Below the pieces are notes generated by a model that saw only the letters and a program-made list of their open reading frames with translations, was not told where the DNA came from and made no database searches. Shown here piece by piece: positions 38,401 to 53,709 of a DNA stretch of 64,000 nt. Made by a program: the position numbers and the translations under genes. This DNA comes from Auanema rhodensis (taxonomy: Eukaryota; Animalia; Nematoda), in the NCBI GenBank assembly GCA_964057225.1, contig OZ059899.1, forward strand, positions 806,001 through 870,000. Reading direction: 5' to 3'. Position 1 is the stretch's first letter. Every line of letters begins with the position of its first letter.

Positions 38401-41400
38401 TTCCGTTTTTCAAGGCAAAGACGATGGACAATGTTATTCAACGAAAAAATTAATTCTTCAGGGTGAAAATCGAGGATATAAGTGTGAACTTATATCAGTT
38501 GATATCTCGGTGCATTTTCAAGCTAGCGCAAAACTGATAACACAGATCGACGCAGCTCAAAAATCCGCATCGAATGCACTATACTACATTGAGAAACGCT
38601 TAATACAAAAATTAGTTATGATCGTTTGAAAAATGATGCATTAGTGTATGTTGAGTTTCCATGTACACTCAACATTGCTTCCAAAAACATTTTGACAAAA
38701 ATTTTTTCGAAAAATTTCAAAATAATTTAGCAAAAAGTAGATGTTTTTAGATTCCGTTTTTCAAGGCAAAGACGATGGACAATGTTATTCAACGAAAAAA
38801 TTAATTCTTCAGGGTGAAAATCGAGGATATAAGTGGGAACTTATATCAGTTGATATCTCGGTGCTTTTTTAAGCTAGCGCAAAACTGATAACACAGATCG
38901 ACGCAGCTTAAAAATCCGCATCGAATGCACTATACTACATTGAGAAACGCTTAATACAAAAATTAGTTATGATCGTTTGAAAAATGATGCATTAGTGTAT
39001 GTTGAGTTTCCATGTACACTCAACATTGCTTCCAAAAACATTTTGACAAAAATTTTTTCGAAAAATTTCAAGATAATTTAGCGAAAAGTAGATGTTTTTA
39101 GATTCCGTTTTTCAAGGCAAAGACGATGGACAATGTTATTCAACGAAAAAATTAATTCTTCAGGGTGAAAATCGAGGATATAAGTGTGAACTTATATCAG
39201 TTGATATCTCGGTGCTTTTTTAAGCTAGCGCAAAACTGATAACACAGATCGACGCAGCTTAAAAATCCGCATCGAATGCACTATACTACATTGAGAAACG
39301 CTTAATACAAAAATTAGTTATGATCGTTTGAAAAATGATGCATTAGTGTATGTTGAGTTTCCATGTACACTCAACATTGCTTCCAAAAACATTTTGACAA
39401 AAATTTTTTCGAAAAATTTCAAGATAATTTAGCGAAAAGTAGATGTTTTTAGATTCCGTTTTTCAAGGCAAAGACGATGGACAATGTTATTCAACGAAAA
39501 AATTAATTCTTCAGGGTGAAAATCGAGGATATAAGTGTGAACTTATATCAGTTGATATCTCGGTGCTTTTTTAAGCTAGCGCAAATCTGATAACACAGAT
39601 CGACGCAGCTTAAAAATCCGCATCGAATGCACTATACTACATTGAGAAACGCTTAATACAAAAATTAGTTATGATCGTTTGAAAAATGATGCATTAGTGT
39701 ATGTTGAGTTTCCATGTACACTCAACATTGCTTCCAAAAACATTTTGACAAAAATTTTTTCGAAAAATTTCAAAATAATTTAGCGAAAAGTAGATGTTTT
39801 TAGATTCCGTTTTTCAAGGCAAAGACGATGGACAAGGTTATTCAACGAAAAAATTAATTCTTCAGTGTGAAAATCGAGGATATATGTGTGAACTCATATC
39901 AGTTGATATCTCGGTGCATTTTTAAGCTAGCGCAAATCTGATAACACAGATCGACGCAGCTCAAAAATCCGCATCGAATGCACTATACTACATTGAGAAA
40001 CGCTTAATACAAAAATTAGTTATGATCGTTTGAAAAATGATGCATTAGTGTATGTTGAGTTTCCATGTACACTCAACATTGCTTCCAAAAACATTTTGAC
40101 AAAAATTTTTTCGAAAAATTTCAAAATAATTTAGCAAAAAGTAGATGTTTTTAGATTCCGTTTTTCAAGGCAAAGACGATGGACAATGTTATTCAACGAA
40201 AAAATTAATTCTTCAGGGTGAAAATCGAGGATATAAGTGGGAACTTATATCAGTTGATATCTCGGTGCTTTTTTAAGCTAGCGCAAAACTGATAACACAG
40301 ATCGACGCAGCTTAAAAATCCGCATCGAATGCACTATACTACATTGAGAAACGCTTAATACAAAAATTAGTTATGATCGTTTGAAAAATGATGCATTAGT
40401 GTATGTTGAGTTTCCATGTACACTCAACATTGCTTCCAAAAACATTTTGACAAAAATTTTTTCGAAAAATTTCAAGATAATTTAGCAAAAAGTAGATGTT
40501 TTTAGATTCCTTTTTTCAAGGCAAAGACGATCGACAATGTTATTCAACGAAAAAATTAATTCTTCAGGGTGAAAATCGAGGATATATGTGTGAACTCATA
40601 TCAGTTGATATCTCGGTGCATTTTTAAGCTAGCGCAAATCTGATAACACAGATCGACGCAGCTCAACAATCCGCATCGAATGCACTATACTACATTGAAA
40701 AACGCTTAATACAAAAATTAGTTATGATCGTTTGAAAAATGATGCATTAGTGTATGTTGAGTTTCCATGTACACTCAACATTGCTTCCAAAAACATTTTG
40801 ACAAAAATTTTTTCGAAAAATTTCAAGATAATTTAGCGAAAAGTAGATGTTTTTAGATTCCGTTTTTCAAGGCAAAGACGATGGACAATGTTATTCAACG
40901 AAAAAATTAATTCTTCAGGGTGAAAATCGAGGATATAAGTGTGAACTTATATCAGTTGATATCTCGGTGCTTTTTTAAGCTAGCGCAAAACTGATAACAC
41001 AGATCGACGCAGCTTAAAAATCCGCATCGAATGCACTATACTACATTGAGAAACGCTTAATACAAAAATTAGTTATGATCGTTTGAAAAATGATGCATTA
41101 GTGTATGTTGAGTTTCCATGTACACTCAACATTGCTTCCAAAAACATTTTGACAAAAATTTTTTCGAAAAATTTCAAAATAATTTAGCGAAAAGTAGATG
41201 TTTTTAGATTCCGTTTTTCAAGGCAAAGACGATGGACAATGTTATTCAACGAAAAAATTAATTCTTCAGGGTGAAAATCGAGGATATAAGTGGGAACTTA
41301 TATCAGTTGATATCTCGGTGCTTTTTTAAGCTAGCGCAAAACTGATAACACAGATCGACGCAGCTTAAAAATCCGCATCGAATGCACTATACTACATTGA

Positions 41401-43881
41401 GAAACGCTTAATACAAAAATTAGTTATGATCGTTTGAAAAATGATGCATTAGTGTATGTTGAGTTTCCATGTACACTCAACATTGCTTCCAAAAACATTT
41501 TGACAAAAATTTTTTCGAAAAATTTCAAAATAATTTAGCAAAAAGTAGATGTTTTTAGATTCCGTTTTTCAAGGCAAAGACGATGGACAATGTTATTCAA
41601 CGAAAAAATTAATTCTTCAGGGTGAAAATCGAGGATATAAGTGGGAACTTATATCAGTTGATATCTCGGTGCTTTTTTAAGCTAGCGCAAAACTGATAAC
41701 ACAGATCGACGCAGCTTAAAAATCCGCATCGAATGCACTATACTACATTGAGAAACGCTTAATACAAAAATTAGTTATGATCGTTTGAAAAATGATGCAT
41801 TAGTGTATGTTGAGTTTCCATGTACACTCAACATTGCTTCCAAAAACATTTTGACAAAAATTTTTTCGAAAAATTTCAAAATAATTTAGCAAAAAGTAGA
41901 TGTTTTTAGATTCCTTTTTTCAAGGCAAAGACGATCGACAATGTTATTCAACGAAAAAATTAATTCTTCAGGGTGAAAATCGAGGATATATGTGTGAACT
42001 CATATCAGTTGATATCTCGGTGCATTTTTAAGCTAGCGCAAATCTGATAACACAGATCGACGCAGCTCAACAATCCGCATCGAATGCACTATACTACATT
42101 GAGAAACGCTTAATACAAAAATTAGTTATGATCGTTTGAAAAATGATGCATTAGTGTATGTTGAGTTTCCATGTACACTCAACATTGCTTCCAAAAACAT
42201 TTTGACAAAAATTTTTTCGAAAAATTTCAAGATAATTTAGCGAAAAGTAGATGTTTTTAGATTCCGTTTTTCAAGGCAAAGACGATGGACAATGTTATTC
42301 AACGAAAAAATTAATTCTTCAGGGTGAAAATCGAGGATATAAGTGTGAACTTATATCAGTTGATATCTCGGTGCTTTTTTAAGCTAGCGCAAAACTGATA
42401 ACACAGATCGACGCAGCTTAAAAATCCGCATCGAATGCACTATACTACATTGAGAAACGCTTAATACAAAAATTAGTTATGATCGTTTGAAAAATGATGC
42501 ATTAGTGTATGTTGAGTTTCCATGTACACTCAACATTGCTTCCAAAAACATTTTGACAAAAATTTTTTCGAAAAATTTCAAGATAATTTAGCGAAAAGTA
42601 GATGTTTTTAGATTCCGTTTTTCAAGGCAAAGACGATGGACAATGTTATTCAACGAAAAAATTAATTCTTCAGGGTGAAAATCGAGGATATAAGTGTGAA
42701 CTTATATCAGTTGATATCTCGGTGCTTTTTTAAGCTAGCGCAAATCTGATAACACAGATCGACGCAGCTTAAAAATCCGCATCGAATGCACTATACTACA
42801 TTGAGAAACGCTTAATACAAAAATTAGTTATGATCGTTTGAAAAATGATGCATTAGTGTATGTTGAGTTTCCATGTACACTCAACATTGCTTCCAAAAAC
42901 ATTTTGACAAAAATTTTTTCGAAAAATTTCAAAATAATTTAGCGAAAAGTAGATGTTTTTAGATTCCGTTTTTCAAGGCAAAGACGATGGACAAGGTTAT
43001 TCAACGAAAAAATTAATTCTTCAGGGTGAAAATCGAGGATATATGTGTGAACTCATATCAGTTGATATCTCGGTGCATTTTTAAGCTAGCGCAAATCTGA
43101 TAACACAGATCGACGCAGCTCAACAATCCGCATCGAATGCACTATACTACATTGAGAAACGCTTAATACAAAAATTAGTTATGATTGTTTGAAAAATGAT
43201 GCATTAGTGTATGTTGAGTTTCCATGTACACTCAACATTGCTTCCAAAAACATTTTGACAAAAATTTTTTCGAAAAATTTCAAGATAATTTAGCAAAAAG
43301 TAGATGTTTTTAGATTCCGTTTTTCAAGGCAAAGACGATGGACAATGTTATTCAACGAAAAAATTAATTCTTCAGGGTGAAAATCGAGGATATAAGTGTG
43401 AACTTATATCAGTTGATATCTCGGTGCATTTTCAAGCTAGCGCAAATCTGATAACACAGATCGACGCAGCTCAAAAATCCGCATCGAATGCACTATACTA
43501 CATTGAGAAACGCTTAATACAAAAATTAGTTATGATCGTTTGAAAAATGATGCATTAGTGTATGTTGAGTTTCCATGTACACTCAACATTGCTTCCAAAA
43601 ACATTTTGACAAAAATTTTTTCGAAAAATTTCAAAATAATTTAGCGAAAAGTAGATGTTTTTAGATTCCGTTTTTCAAGGCAAAGACGATGGACAATGTT
43701 ATTCAACGAAAAAATTAATTCTTCAGGGTGAAAATCGAGGATATAAGTGGGAACTTATATCAGTTGATATCTCGGTGCTTTTTTAAGCTAGCGCAAAACT
43801 GATAACACAGATCGACGCAGCTTAAAAATCCGCATCGAATGCACTATACTACATTGAGAAACGCTTAATACAAAAATTAGT

Positions 43882-46800
43882 TATGATCGTTTGAAAAATG
43901 ATGCATTAGTGTATGTTGAGTTTCCATGTACACTCAACATTGCTTCCAAAAACATTTTGACAAAAATTTTTTCGAAAAATTTCAAAATAATTTAGCAAAA
44001 AGTAGATGTTTTTAGATTCCTTTTTTCAAGGCAAAGACGATCGACAATGTTATTCAACGAAAAAATTAATTCTTCAGGGTGAAAATCGAGGATATATGTG
44101 TGAACTCATATCAGTTGATATCTCGGTGCATTTTTAAGCTAGCGCAAATCTGATAACACAGATCGACGCAGCTCAACAATCCGCATCGAATGCACTATAC
44201 TACATTGAGAAACGCTTAATACAAAAATTAGTTATGATCGTTTGAAAAATGATGCATTAGTGTATGTTGAGTTTCCATGTACACTCAACATTGCTTCCAA
44301 AAACATTTTGACAAAAATTTTTTCGAAAAATTTCAAAATAATTTAGCAAAAAGTAGATGTTTTTAGATTCCTTTTTTCAAGGCAAAGACGATGGACAATG
44401 TTATTCAACGAAAAAATTAATTCTTCAGGGTGAAAATCGAGGATATAAGTGTGAACTTATATCAGTTGATATCTCGGTGCTTTTTTAAGCTAGCGCAAAA
44501 CTGATAACACAGATCGACGCAGCTTAAAAATCCACATCGAATGCACTATACTACATTGAGAAACGCTTAATACAAAAATTAGTTATGATCGTTTGAAAAA
44601 TGATGCATTAGTGTATGTTGAGTTTCCATGTACACTCAACATTGCTTCCAAAAACATTTTGACAAAAATTTTTTCGAAAAATTTCAAAATAATTTAGCAA
44701 AAAGTAGATGTTTTTAGATTCCTTTTTTCAAGGCAAAGACGATCGACAATGTTATTCAACGAAAAAATTAATTCTTCAGGGTGAAAATCGAGGATATATG
44801 TGTGAACTCATATCAGTTGATATCTCGGTGCATTTTTAAGCTAGCGCAAATCTGATAACACAGATCGACGCAGCTCAACAATCCGCATCGAATGCACTAT
44901 ACTACATTGAGAAACGCTTAATACAAAAATTAGTTATGATCGTTTGAAAAATGATGCATTAGTGTATGTTGAGTTTCCATGTACACTCAACATTGCTTCC
45001 AAAAACATTTTGACAAAAATTTTTTCGAAAAATTTCAAGATAATTTAGCGAAAAGTAGATGTTTTTAGATTCCGTTTTTCAAGGCAAAGACGATGGACAA
45101 TGTTATTCAACGAAAAAATTAATTCTTCAGGGTGAAAATCGAGGATATAAGTGTGAACTTATATCAGTTGATATCTCGGTGCTTTTTTAAGCTAGCGCAA
45201 ATCTGATAACACAGATCGACGCAGCTTAAAAATCCGCATCGAATGCACTATACTACATTGAGAAACGCTTAATACAAAAATTAGTTATGATCGTTTGAAA
45301 AATGATGCATTAGTGTATGTTGAGTTTCCATGTACACTCAACATTGCTTCCAAAAACATTTTGACAAAAATTTTTTCGAAAAATTTCAAAATAATTTAGC
45401 GAAAAGTAGATGTTTTTAGATTCCGTTTTTCAAGGCAAAGACGATGGACAAGGTTATTCAACGAAAAAATTAATTCTTCAGGGTGAAAATCGAGGATATA
45501 AGTGGGAACTTATATCAGTTGATATCTCGGTGCTTTTTTAAGCTAGCGCAAAACTGATAACACAGATCGACGCAGCTTAAAAATCCGCATCGAATGCACT
45601 ATACTACATTGAGAAACGCTTAATACAAAAATTAGTTATGATCGTTTGAAAAATGATGCATTAGTGTATGTTGAGTTTCCATGTACACTCAACATTGCTT
45701 CCAAAAACATTTTGACAAAAATTTTTTCGAAAAATTTCAAAATAATTTAGCAAAAAGTAGATGTTTTTAGATTCCTTTTTTCAAGGCAAAGACGATGGAC
45801 AATGTTATTCAACGAAAAAATTAATTCTTCAGGGTGAAAATCGAGGATTTATGTGTGAACTCATATCAGTTGATATCTCGGTGCATTTTTAAGCTAGCGC
45901 AAATCTGATAACACAGATCGACGCAGCTCAACAATCCGCATCGAATGCACTATACTACATTGAGAAACGCTTAATACAAAAATTAGTTATGATCGTTTGA
46001 AAAATGATGCATTAGTGTATGTTGAGTTTCCATGTACACTCAACATTGCTTCCAAAAACATTTTGACAAAAATTTTTTCGAAAAATTTCAAGATAATTTA
46101 GCGAAAAGTAGATGTTTTTAGATTCCGTTTTTCAAGGCAAAGACGATGGACAATGTTATTCAACGAAAAAATTAATTCTTCAGGGTGAAAATCGAGGATA
46201 TAAGTGTGAACATATATCAGTTGATATCTCGGTGCATTTTCAAGCTAGCGCAAATCTCATAACACAGATCGACGCAGCTCAACAATCCGCATCGAATGCA
46301 CTATACTACATTGAGAAACGCTTAATACAAAAATTAGTTATGATCGTTTGAAAAATGATGCATTAGTGTATGTTGAGTTTCCATGTACACTCAACATTGC
46401 TTCCAAAAACATTTTGACAAAAATTTTTTCGAAAAATTTCAAGATAATTTAGCGAAAAGTAGATGTTTTTAGATTCCGTTTTTCAAGGCAAAGACGATGG
46501 ACAATGTTATTCAACGAAAAAATTAATTCTTCAGGGTGAAAATCGAGGATATAAGTGTGAACTTATATCAGTTGATATCTCGGTGCTTTTTTAAGCTAGC
46601 GCAAAACTGATAACACAGATCGACGCAGCTTAAAAATCCACATCGAATGCACTATACTACATTGAGAAACGCTTAATACAAAAATTAGTTATGATCGTTT
46701 GAAAAATGATGCATTAGTGTATGTTGAGTTTCCATGTACACTCAACATTGCTTCCAAAAACATTTTGACAAAAATTTTTTCGAAAAATTTCAAAATAATT

Positions 46801-49800
46801 TAGCAAAAAGTAGATGTTTTTAGATTCCTTTTTTCAAGGCAAAGACGATCGACAATGTTATTCAACGAAAAAATTAATTCTTCAGGGTGAAAATCGAGGA
46901 TATATGTGTGAACTCATATCAGTTGATATCTCGGTGCATTTTTAAGCTAGCGCAAATCTGATAACACAGATCGACGCAGCTCAACAATCCGCATCGAATG
47001 CACTATACTACATTGAGAAACGCTTAATACAAAAATTAGTTATGATCGTTTGAAAAATGATGCATTAGTGTATGTTGAGTTTCCATGTACACTCAACATT
47101 GCTTCCAAAAACATTTTGACAAAAATTTTTTCGAAAAATTTCAAGATAATTTAGCGAAAAGTAGATGTTTTTAGATTCCGTTTTTCAAGGCAAAGACGAT
47201 GGACAATGTTATTCAACGAAAAAATTAATTCTTCAGGGTGAAAATCGAGGATATAAGTGTGAACTTATATCAGTTGATATCTCGGTGCTTTTTTAAGCTA
47301 GCGCAAATCTGATAACACAGATCGACGCAGCTTAAAAATCCGCATCGAATGCACTATACTACATTGAGAAACGCTTAATACAAAAATTAGTTATGATCGT
47401 TTGAAAAATGATGCATTAGTGTATGTTGAGTTTCCATGTACACTCAACATTGCTTCCAAAAACATTTTGACAAAAATTTTTTCGAAAAATTTCAAAATAA
47501 TTTAGCGAAAAGTAGATGTTTTTAGATTCCGTTTTTCAAGGCAAAGACGATGGACAAGGTTATTCAACGAAAAAATTAATTCTTCAGGGTGAAAATCGAG
47601 GATATAAGTGGGAACTTATATCAGTTGATATCTCGGTGCTTTTTTAAGCTAGCGCAAAACTGATAACACAGATCGACGCAGCTTAAAAATCCGCATCGAA
47701 TGCACTATACTACATTGAGAAACGCTTAATACAAAAATTAGTTATGATCGTTTGAAAAATGATGCATTAGTGTATGTTGAGTTTCCATGTACACTCAACA
47801 TTGCTTCCAAAAACATTTTGACAAAAATTTTTTCGAAAAATTTCAAAATAATTTAGCGAAAAGTAGATGTTTTTAGATTCCGTTTTTCAAGGCAAAGACG
47901 ATGGACAATGTTATTCAACGAAAAAATTAATTCTTCAGGGTGAAAATCGAGGATATAAGTGGGAACTTATATCAGTTGATATCTCGGTGCTTTTTTAAGC
48001 TAGCGCAAAACTGATAACACAGATCGACGCAGCTTAAAAATCCGCATCGAATGCACTATACTACATTGAGAAACGCTTAATACAAAAATTAGTTATGATC
48101 GTTTGAAAAATGATGCATTAGTGTATGTTGAGTTTCCATGTACACTCAACATTGCTTCCAAAAACATTTTGACAAAAATTTTTTCGAAAAATTTCAAAAT
48201 AATTTAGCAAAAAGTAGATGTTTTTAGATTCCTTTTTTCAAGGCAAAGACGATGGACAATGTTATTCAACGAAAAAATTAATTCTTCAGGGTGAAAATCG
48301 AGGATTTATGTGTGAACTCATATCAGTTGATATCTCGGTGCATTTTTAAGCTAGCGCAAATCTGATAACACAGATCGACGCAGCTTAAAAATCCGCATCG
48401 AATGCACTATACTACATTGAGAAACGCTTAATACAAAAATTAGTTATGATCGTTTGAAAAATGATGCATTAGTGTATGTTGAGTTTCCATGTACACTCAA
48501 CATTGCTTCCAAAAACATTTTGACAAAAATTTTTTCGAAAAATTTCAAAATAATTTAGCAAAAAGTAGATGTTTTTAGATTCCTTTTTTCAAGGCAAAGA
48601 CGATGGACAATGTTATTCAACGAAAAAATTAATTCTTCAGGGTGAAAATCGAGGATATAAGTGGGAACTTATATCAGTTGATATCTCGGTGCTTTTTTAA
48701 GCTAGCGCAAAACTGATAACACAGATCGACGCAGCTTAAAAATCCGCATCGAATGCACTATACTACATTGAGAAACGCTTAATACAAAAATTAGTTATGA
48801 TCGTTTGAAAAATGATGCATTAGTGTATGTTGAGTTTCCATGTACACTCAACATTGCTTCCAAAAACATTTTGACAAAAATTTTTTCGAAAAATTTCAAA
48901 ATAATTTAGCAAAAAGTAGATGTTTTTAGATTCCTTTTTTCAAGGCAAAGACGATCGACAATGTTATTCAACGAAAAAATTAATTCTTCAGGGTGAAAAT
49001 CGAGGATATATGTGTGAACTCATATCAGTTGATATCTCGGTGCATTTTTAAGCTAGCGCAAATCTGATAACACAGATCGACGCAGCTCAACAATCCGCAT
49101 CGAATGCACTATACTACATTGAGAAACGCTTAATACAAAAATTAGTTATGATCGTTTGAAAAATGATGCATTAGTGTATGTTGAGTTTCCATGTACACTC
49201 AACATTGCTTCCAAAAACATTTTGACAAAAATTTTTTCGAAAAATTTCAAAATAATTTAGCAAAAAGTAGATGTTTTTAGATTCCTTTTTTCAAGGCAAA
49301 GACGATGGACAATGTTATTCAACGAAAAAATTAATTCTTCAGGGTGAAAATCGAGGATATAAGTGTGAACTTATATCAGTTGATATCTCGGTGCTTTTTT
49401 AAGCTAGCGCAAAACTGATAACACAGATCGACGCAGCTTAAAAATCCACATCGAATGCACTATACTACATTGAGAAACGCTTAATACAAAAATTAGTTAT
49501 GATCGTTTGAAAAATGATGCATTAGTGTATGTTGAGTTTCCATGTACACTCAACATTGCTTCCAAAAACATTTTGACAAAAATTTTTTCGAAAAATTTCA
49601 AAATAATTTAGCAAAAAGTAGATGTTTTTAGATTCCTTTTTTCAAGGCAAAGACGATCGACAATGTTATTCAACGAAAAAATTAATTCTTCAGGGTGAAA
49701 ATCGAGGATATATGTGTGAACTCATATCAGTTGATATCTCGGTGCATTTTTAAGCTAGCGCAAATCTGATAACACAGATCGACGCAGCTCAACAATCCGC

Positions 49801-52800
49801 ATCGAATGCACTATACTACATTGAGAAACGCTTAATACAAAAATTAGTTATGATCGTTTGAAAAATGATGCATTAGTGTATGTTGAGTTTCCATGTACAC
49901 TCAACATTGCTTCCAAAAACATTTTGACAAAAATTTTTTCGAAAAATTTCAAGATAATTTAGCGAAAAGTAGATGTTTTTAGATTCCGTTTTTCAAGGCA
50001 AAGACGATGGACAATGTTATTCAACGAAAAAATTAATTCTTCAGGGTGAAAATCGAGGATATAAGTGTGAACTTATATCAGTTGATATCTCGGTGCTTTT
50101 TTAAGCTAGCGCAAATCTGATAACACAGATCGACGCAGCTTAAAAATCCGCATCGAATGCACTATACTACATTGAGAAACGCTTAATACAAAAATTAGTT
50201 ATGATCGTTTGAAAAATGATGCATTAGTGTATGTTGAGTTTCCATGTACACTCAACATTGCTTCCAAAAACATTTTGACAAAAATTTTTTCGAAAAATTT
50301 CAAAATAATTTAGCGAAAAGTAGATGTTTTTAGATTCCGTTTTTCAAGGCAAAGACGATGGACAAGGTTATTCAACGAAAAAATTAATTCTTCAGGGTGA
50401 AAATCGAGGATATAAGTGGGAACTTATATCAGTTGATATCTCGGTGCTTTTTTAAGCTAGCGCAAAACTGATAACACAGATCGACGCAGCTTAAAAATCC
50501 GCATCGAATGCACTATACTACATTGAGAAACGCTTAATACAAAAATTAGTTATGATCGTTTGAAAAATGATGCATTAGTGTATGTTGAGTTTCCATGTAC
50601 ACTCAACATTGCTTCCAAAAACATTTTGACAAAAATTTTTTCGAAAAATTTCAAAATAATTTAGCAAAAAGTAGATGTTTTTAGATTCCTTTTTTCAAGG
50701 CAAAGACGATGGACAATGTTATTCAACGAAAAAATTAATTCTTCAGGGTGAAAATCGAGGATTTATGTGTGAACTCATATCAGTTGATATCTCGGTGCAT
50801 TTTTAAGCTAGCGCAAATCTGATAACACAGATCGACGCAGCTCAACAATCCGCATCGAATGCACTATACTACATTGAGACACGCTTAATACAAAAATTAG
50901 TTATGATCGTTTGAAAAATGATGCATTAGTGTATGTTGAGTTTCCATGTACACTCAACATTGCTTCCAAAAACATTTTGACAAAAATTTTTTCGAAAAAT
51001 TTCAAGATAATTTAGCGAAAAGTAGATGTTTTTAGATTCCGTTTTTCAAGGCAAAGACGATGGACAATGTTATTCAACGAAAAAATTAATTCTTCAGGGT
51101 GAAAATCGAGGATATAAGTGTGAACATATATCAGTTGATATCTCGGTGCATTTTCAAGCTAGCGCAAATCTCATAACACAGATCGACGCAGCTCAACAAT
51201 CCGCATCGAATGCACTATACTACATTGAGAAACGCTTAATACAAAAATTAGTTATGATCGTTTGAAAAATGATGCATTAGTGTATGTTGAGTTTCCATGT
51301 ACACTCAACATTGCTTCCAAAAACATTTTGACAAAAATTTTTTCGAAAAATTTCAAGATAATTTAGCGAAAAGTAGATGTTTTTAGATTCCGTTTTTCAA
51401 GGCAAAGACGATGGACAATGTTATTCAACGAAAAAATTAATTCTTCAGGGTGAAAATCGAGGATATAAGTGTGAACTTATATCAGTTGATATCTCGGTGC
51501 TTTTTTAAGCTAGCGCAAAACTGATAACACAGATCGACGCAGCTTAAAAATCCACATCGAATGCACTATACTACATTGAGAAACGCTTAATACAAAAATT
51601 AGTTATGATCGTTTGAAAAATGATGCATTAGTGTATGTTGAGTTTCCATGTACACTCAACATTGCTTCCAAAAACATTTTGACAAAAATTTTTTCGAAAA
51701 ATTTCAAAATAATTTAGCAAAAAGTAGATGTTTTTAGATTCCTTTTTTCAAGGCAAAGACGATCGACAATGTTATTCAACGAAAAAATTAATTCTTCAGG
51801 GTGAAAATCGAGGATATAAGTGTGAACTTATATCAGTTGATATCTCGGTGCTTTTTTAAGCTAGCGCAAAACTGATAACACAGATCGACGCAGCTTAAAA
51901 ATCCACATCGAATGCACTATACTACATTGAGAAACGCTTAATACAAAAATTAGTTATGATCGTTTGAAAAATGATGCATTAGTGTATGTTGAGTTTCCAT
52001 GTACACTCAACATTGCTTCCAAAAACATTTTGACAAAAATTTTTTCGAAAAATTTCAAAATAATTTAGCAAAAAGTAGATGTTTTTAGATTCCTTTTTTC
52101 AAGGCAAAGACGATCGACAATGTTATTCAACGAAAAAATTAATTCTTCAGGGTGAAAATCGAGGATATATGTGTGAACTCATATCAGTTGATATCTCGGT
52201 GCATTTTTAAGCTAGCGCAAATCTGATAACACAGATCGACGCAGCTCAACAATCCGCATCGAATGCACTATACTACATTGAGAAACGCTTAATACAAAAA
52301 TTAGTTATGATCGTTTGAAAAATGATGCATTAGTGTATGTTGAGTTTCCATGTACACTCAACATTGCTTCCAAAAACATTTTGACAAAAATTTTTTCGAA
52401 AAATTTCAAGATAATTTAGCGAAAAGTAGATGTTTTTAGATTCCGTTTTTCAAGGCAAAGACGATGGACAATGTTATTCAACGAAAAAATTAATTCTTCA
52501 GGGTGAAAATCGAGGATATAAGTGTGAACTTATATCAGTTGATATCTCGGTGCTTTTTTAAGCTAGCGCAAATCTGATAACACAGATCGACGCAGCTTAA
52601 AAATCCGCATCGAATGCACTATACTACATTGAGAAACGCTTAATACAAAAATTAGTTATGATCGTTTGAAAAATGATGCATTAGTGTATGTTGAGTTTCC
52701 ATGTACACTCAACATTGCTTCCAAAAACATTTTGACAAAAATTTTTTCGAAAAATTTCAAAATAATTTAGCGAAAAGTAGATGTTTTTAGATTCCGTTTT

Positions 52801-53709
52801 TCAAGGCAAAGACGATGGACAAGGTTATTCAACGAAAAAATTAATTCTTCAGGGTGAAAATCGAGGATATAAGTGGGAACTTATATCAGTTGATATCTCG
52901 GTGCTTTTTTAAGCTAGCGCAAAACTGATAACACAGATCGACGCAGCTTAAAAATCCGCATCGAATGCACTATACTACATTGAGAAACGCTTAATACAAA
53001 AATTAGTTATGATCGTTTGAAAAATGATGCATTAGTGTATGTTGAGTTTCCATGTACACTCAACATTGCTTCCAAAAACATTTTGACAAAAATTTTTTCG
53101 AAAAATTTCAAAATAATTTAGCGAAAAGTAGATGTTTTTAGATTCCGTTTTTCAAGGCAAAGACGATGGACAATGTTATTCAACGAAAAAATTAATTCTT
53201 CAGGGTGAAAATCGAGGATATAAGTGGGAACTTATATCAGTTGATATCTCGGTGCTTTTTTAAGCTAGCGCAAAACTGATAACACAGATCGACGCAGCTT
53301 AAAAATCCGCATCGAATGCACTATACTACAGTGAGAAACGCTTAATACAAAAATTAGTTATGATCGTTTGAAAAATGATGCATTAGTGTATGTTGAGTTT
53401 CCATGTACACTCAACATTGCTTCCAAAAACATTTTGACAAAAATTTTTTCGAAAAATTTCAAAATAATTTAGCAAAAAGTAGATGTTTTTAGATTCCTTT
53501 TTTCAAGGCAAAGACGATGGACAATGTTATTCAACGAAAAAATTAATTCTTCAGGGTGAAAATCGAGGATTTATGTGTGAACTCATATCAGTTGATATCT
53601 CGGTGCATTTTTAAGCTAGCGCAAATCTGATAACACAGATCGACGCAGCTCAACAATCCGCATCGAATGCACTATACTACATTGAGAAACGCTTAATACA
53701 AAAATTAGT
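43882..53709 (+). repeat. 14-monomer HOR (4914 bp = 6-mer + 8-mer) x~2 in subfamily B
   Basis: The gaacatat+aatctcat monomer has its ORF at 46112 and 51026 (4914 apart). The tccacat marker lies at 44534, 46640, 49448, 51554 and 51905 (gaps 2106, 2808, 2106, 351). Confidence 0.85.

Noticed and set aside
45840-46220. Compensatory stem mutations in dyad 2 (left-arm A>T as in tatgt and right-arm T>A as in acata)
   Set aside because: The two changes would pair with each other but occur in different monomers and never together, so this is not covariation.
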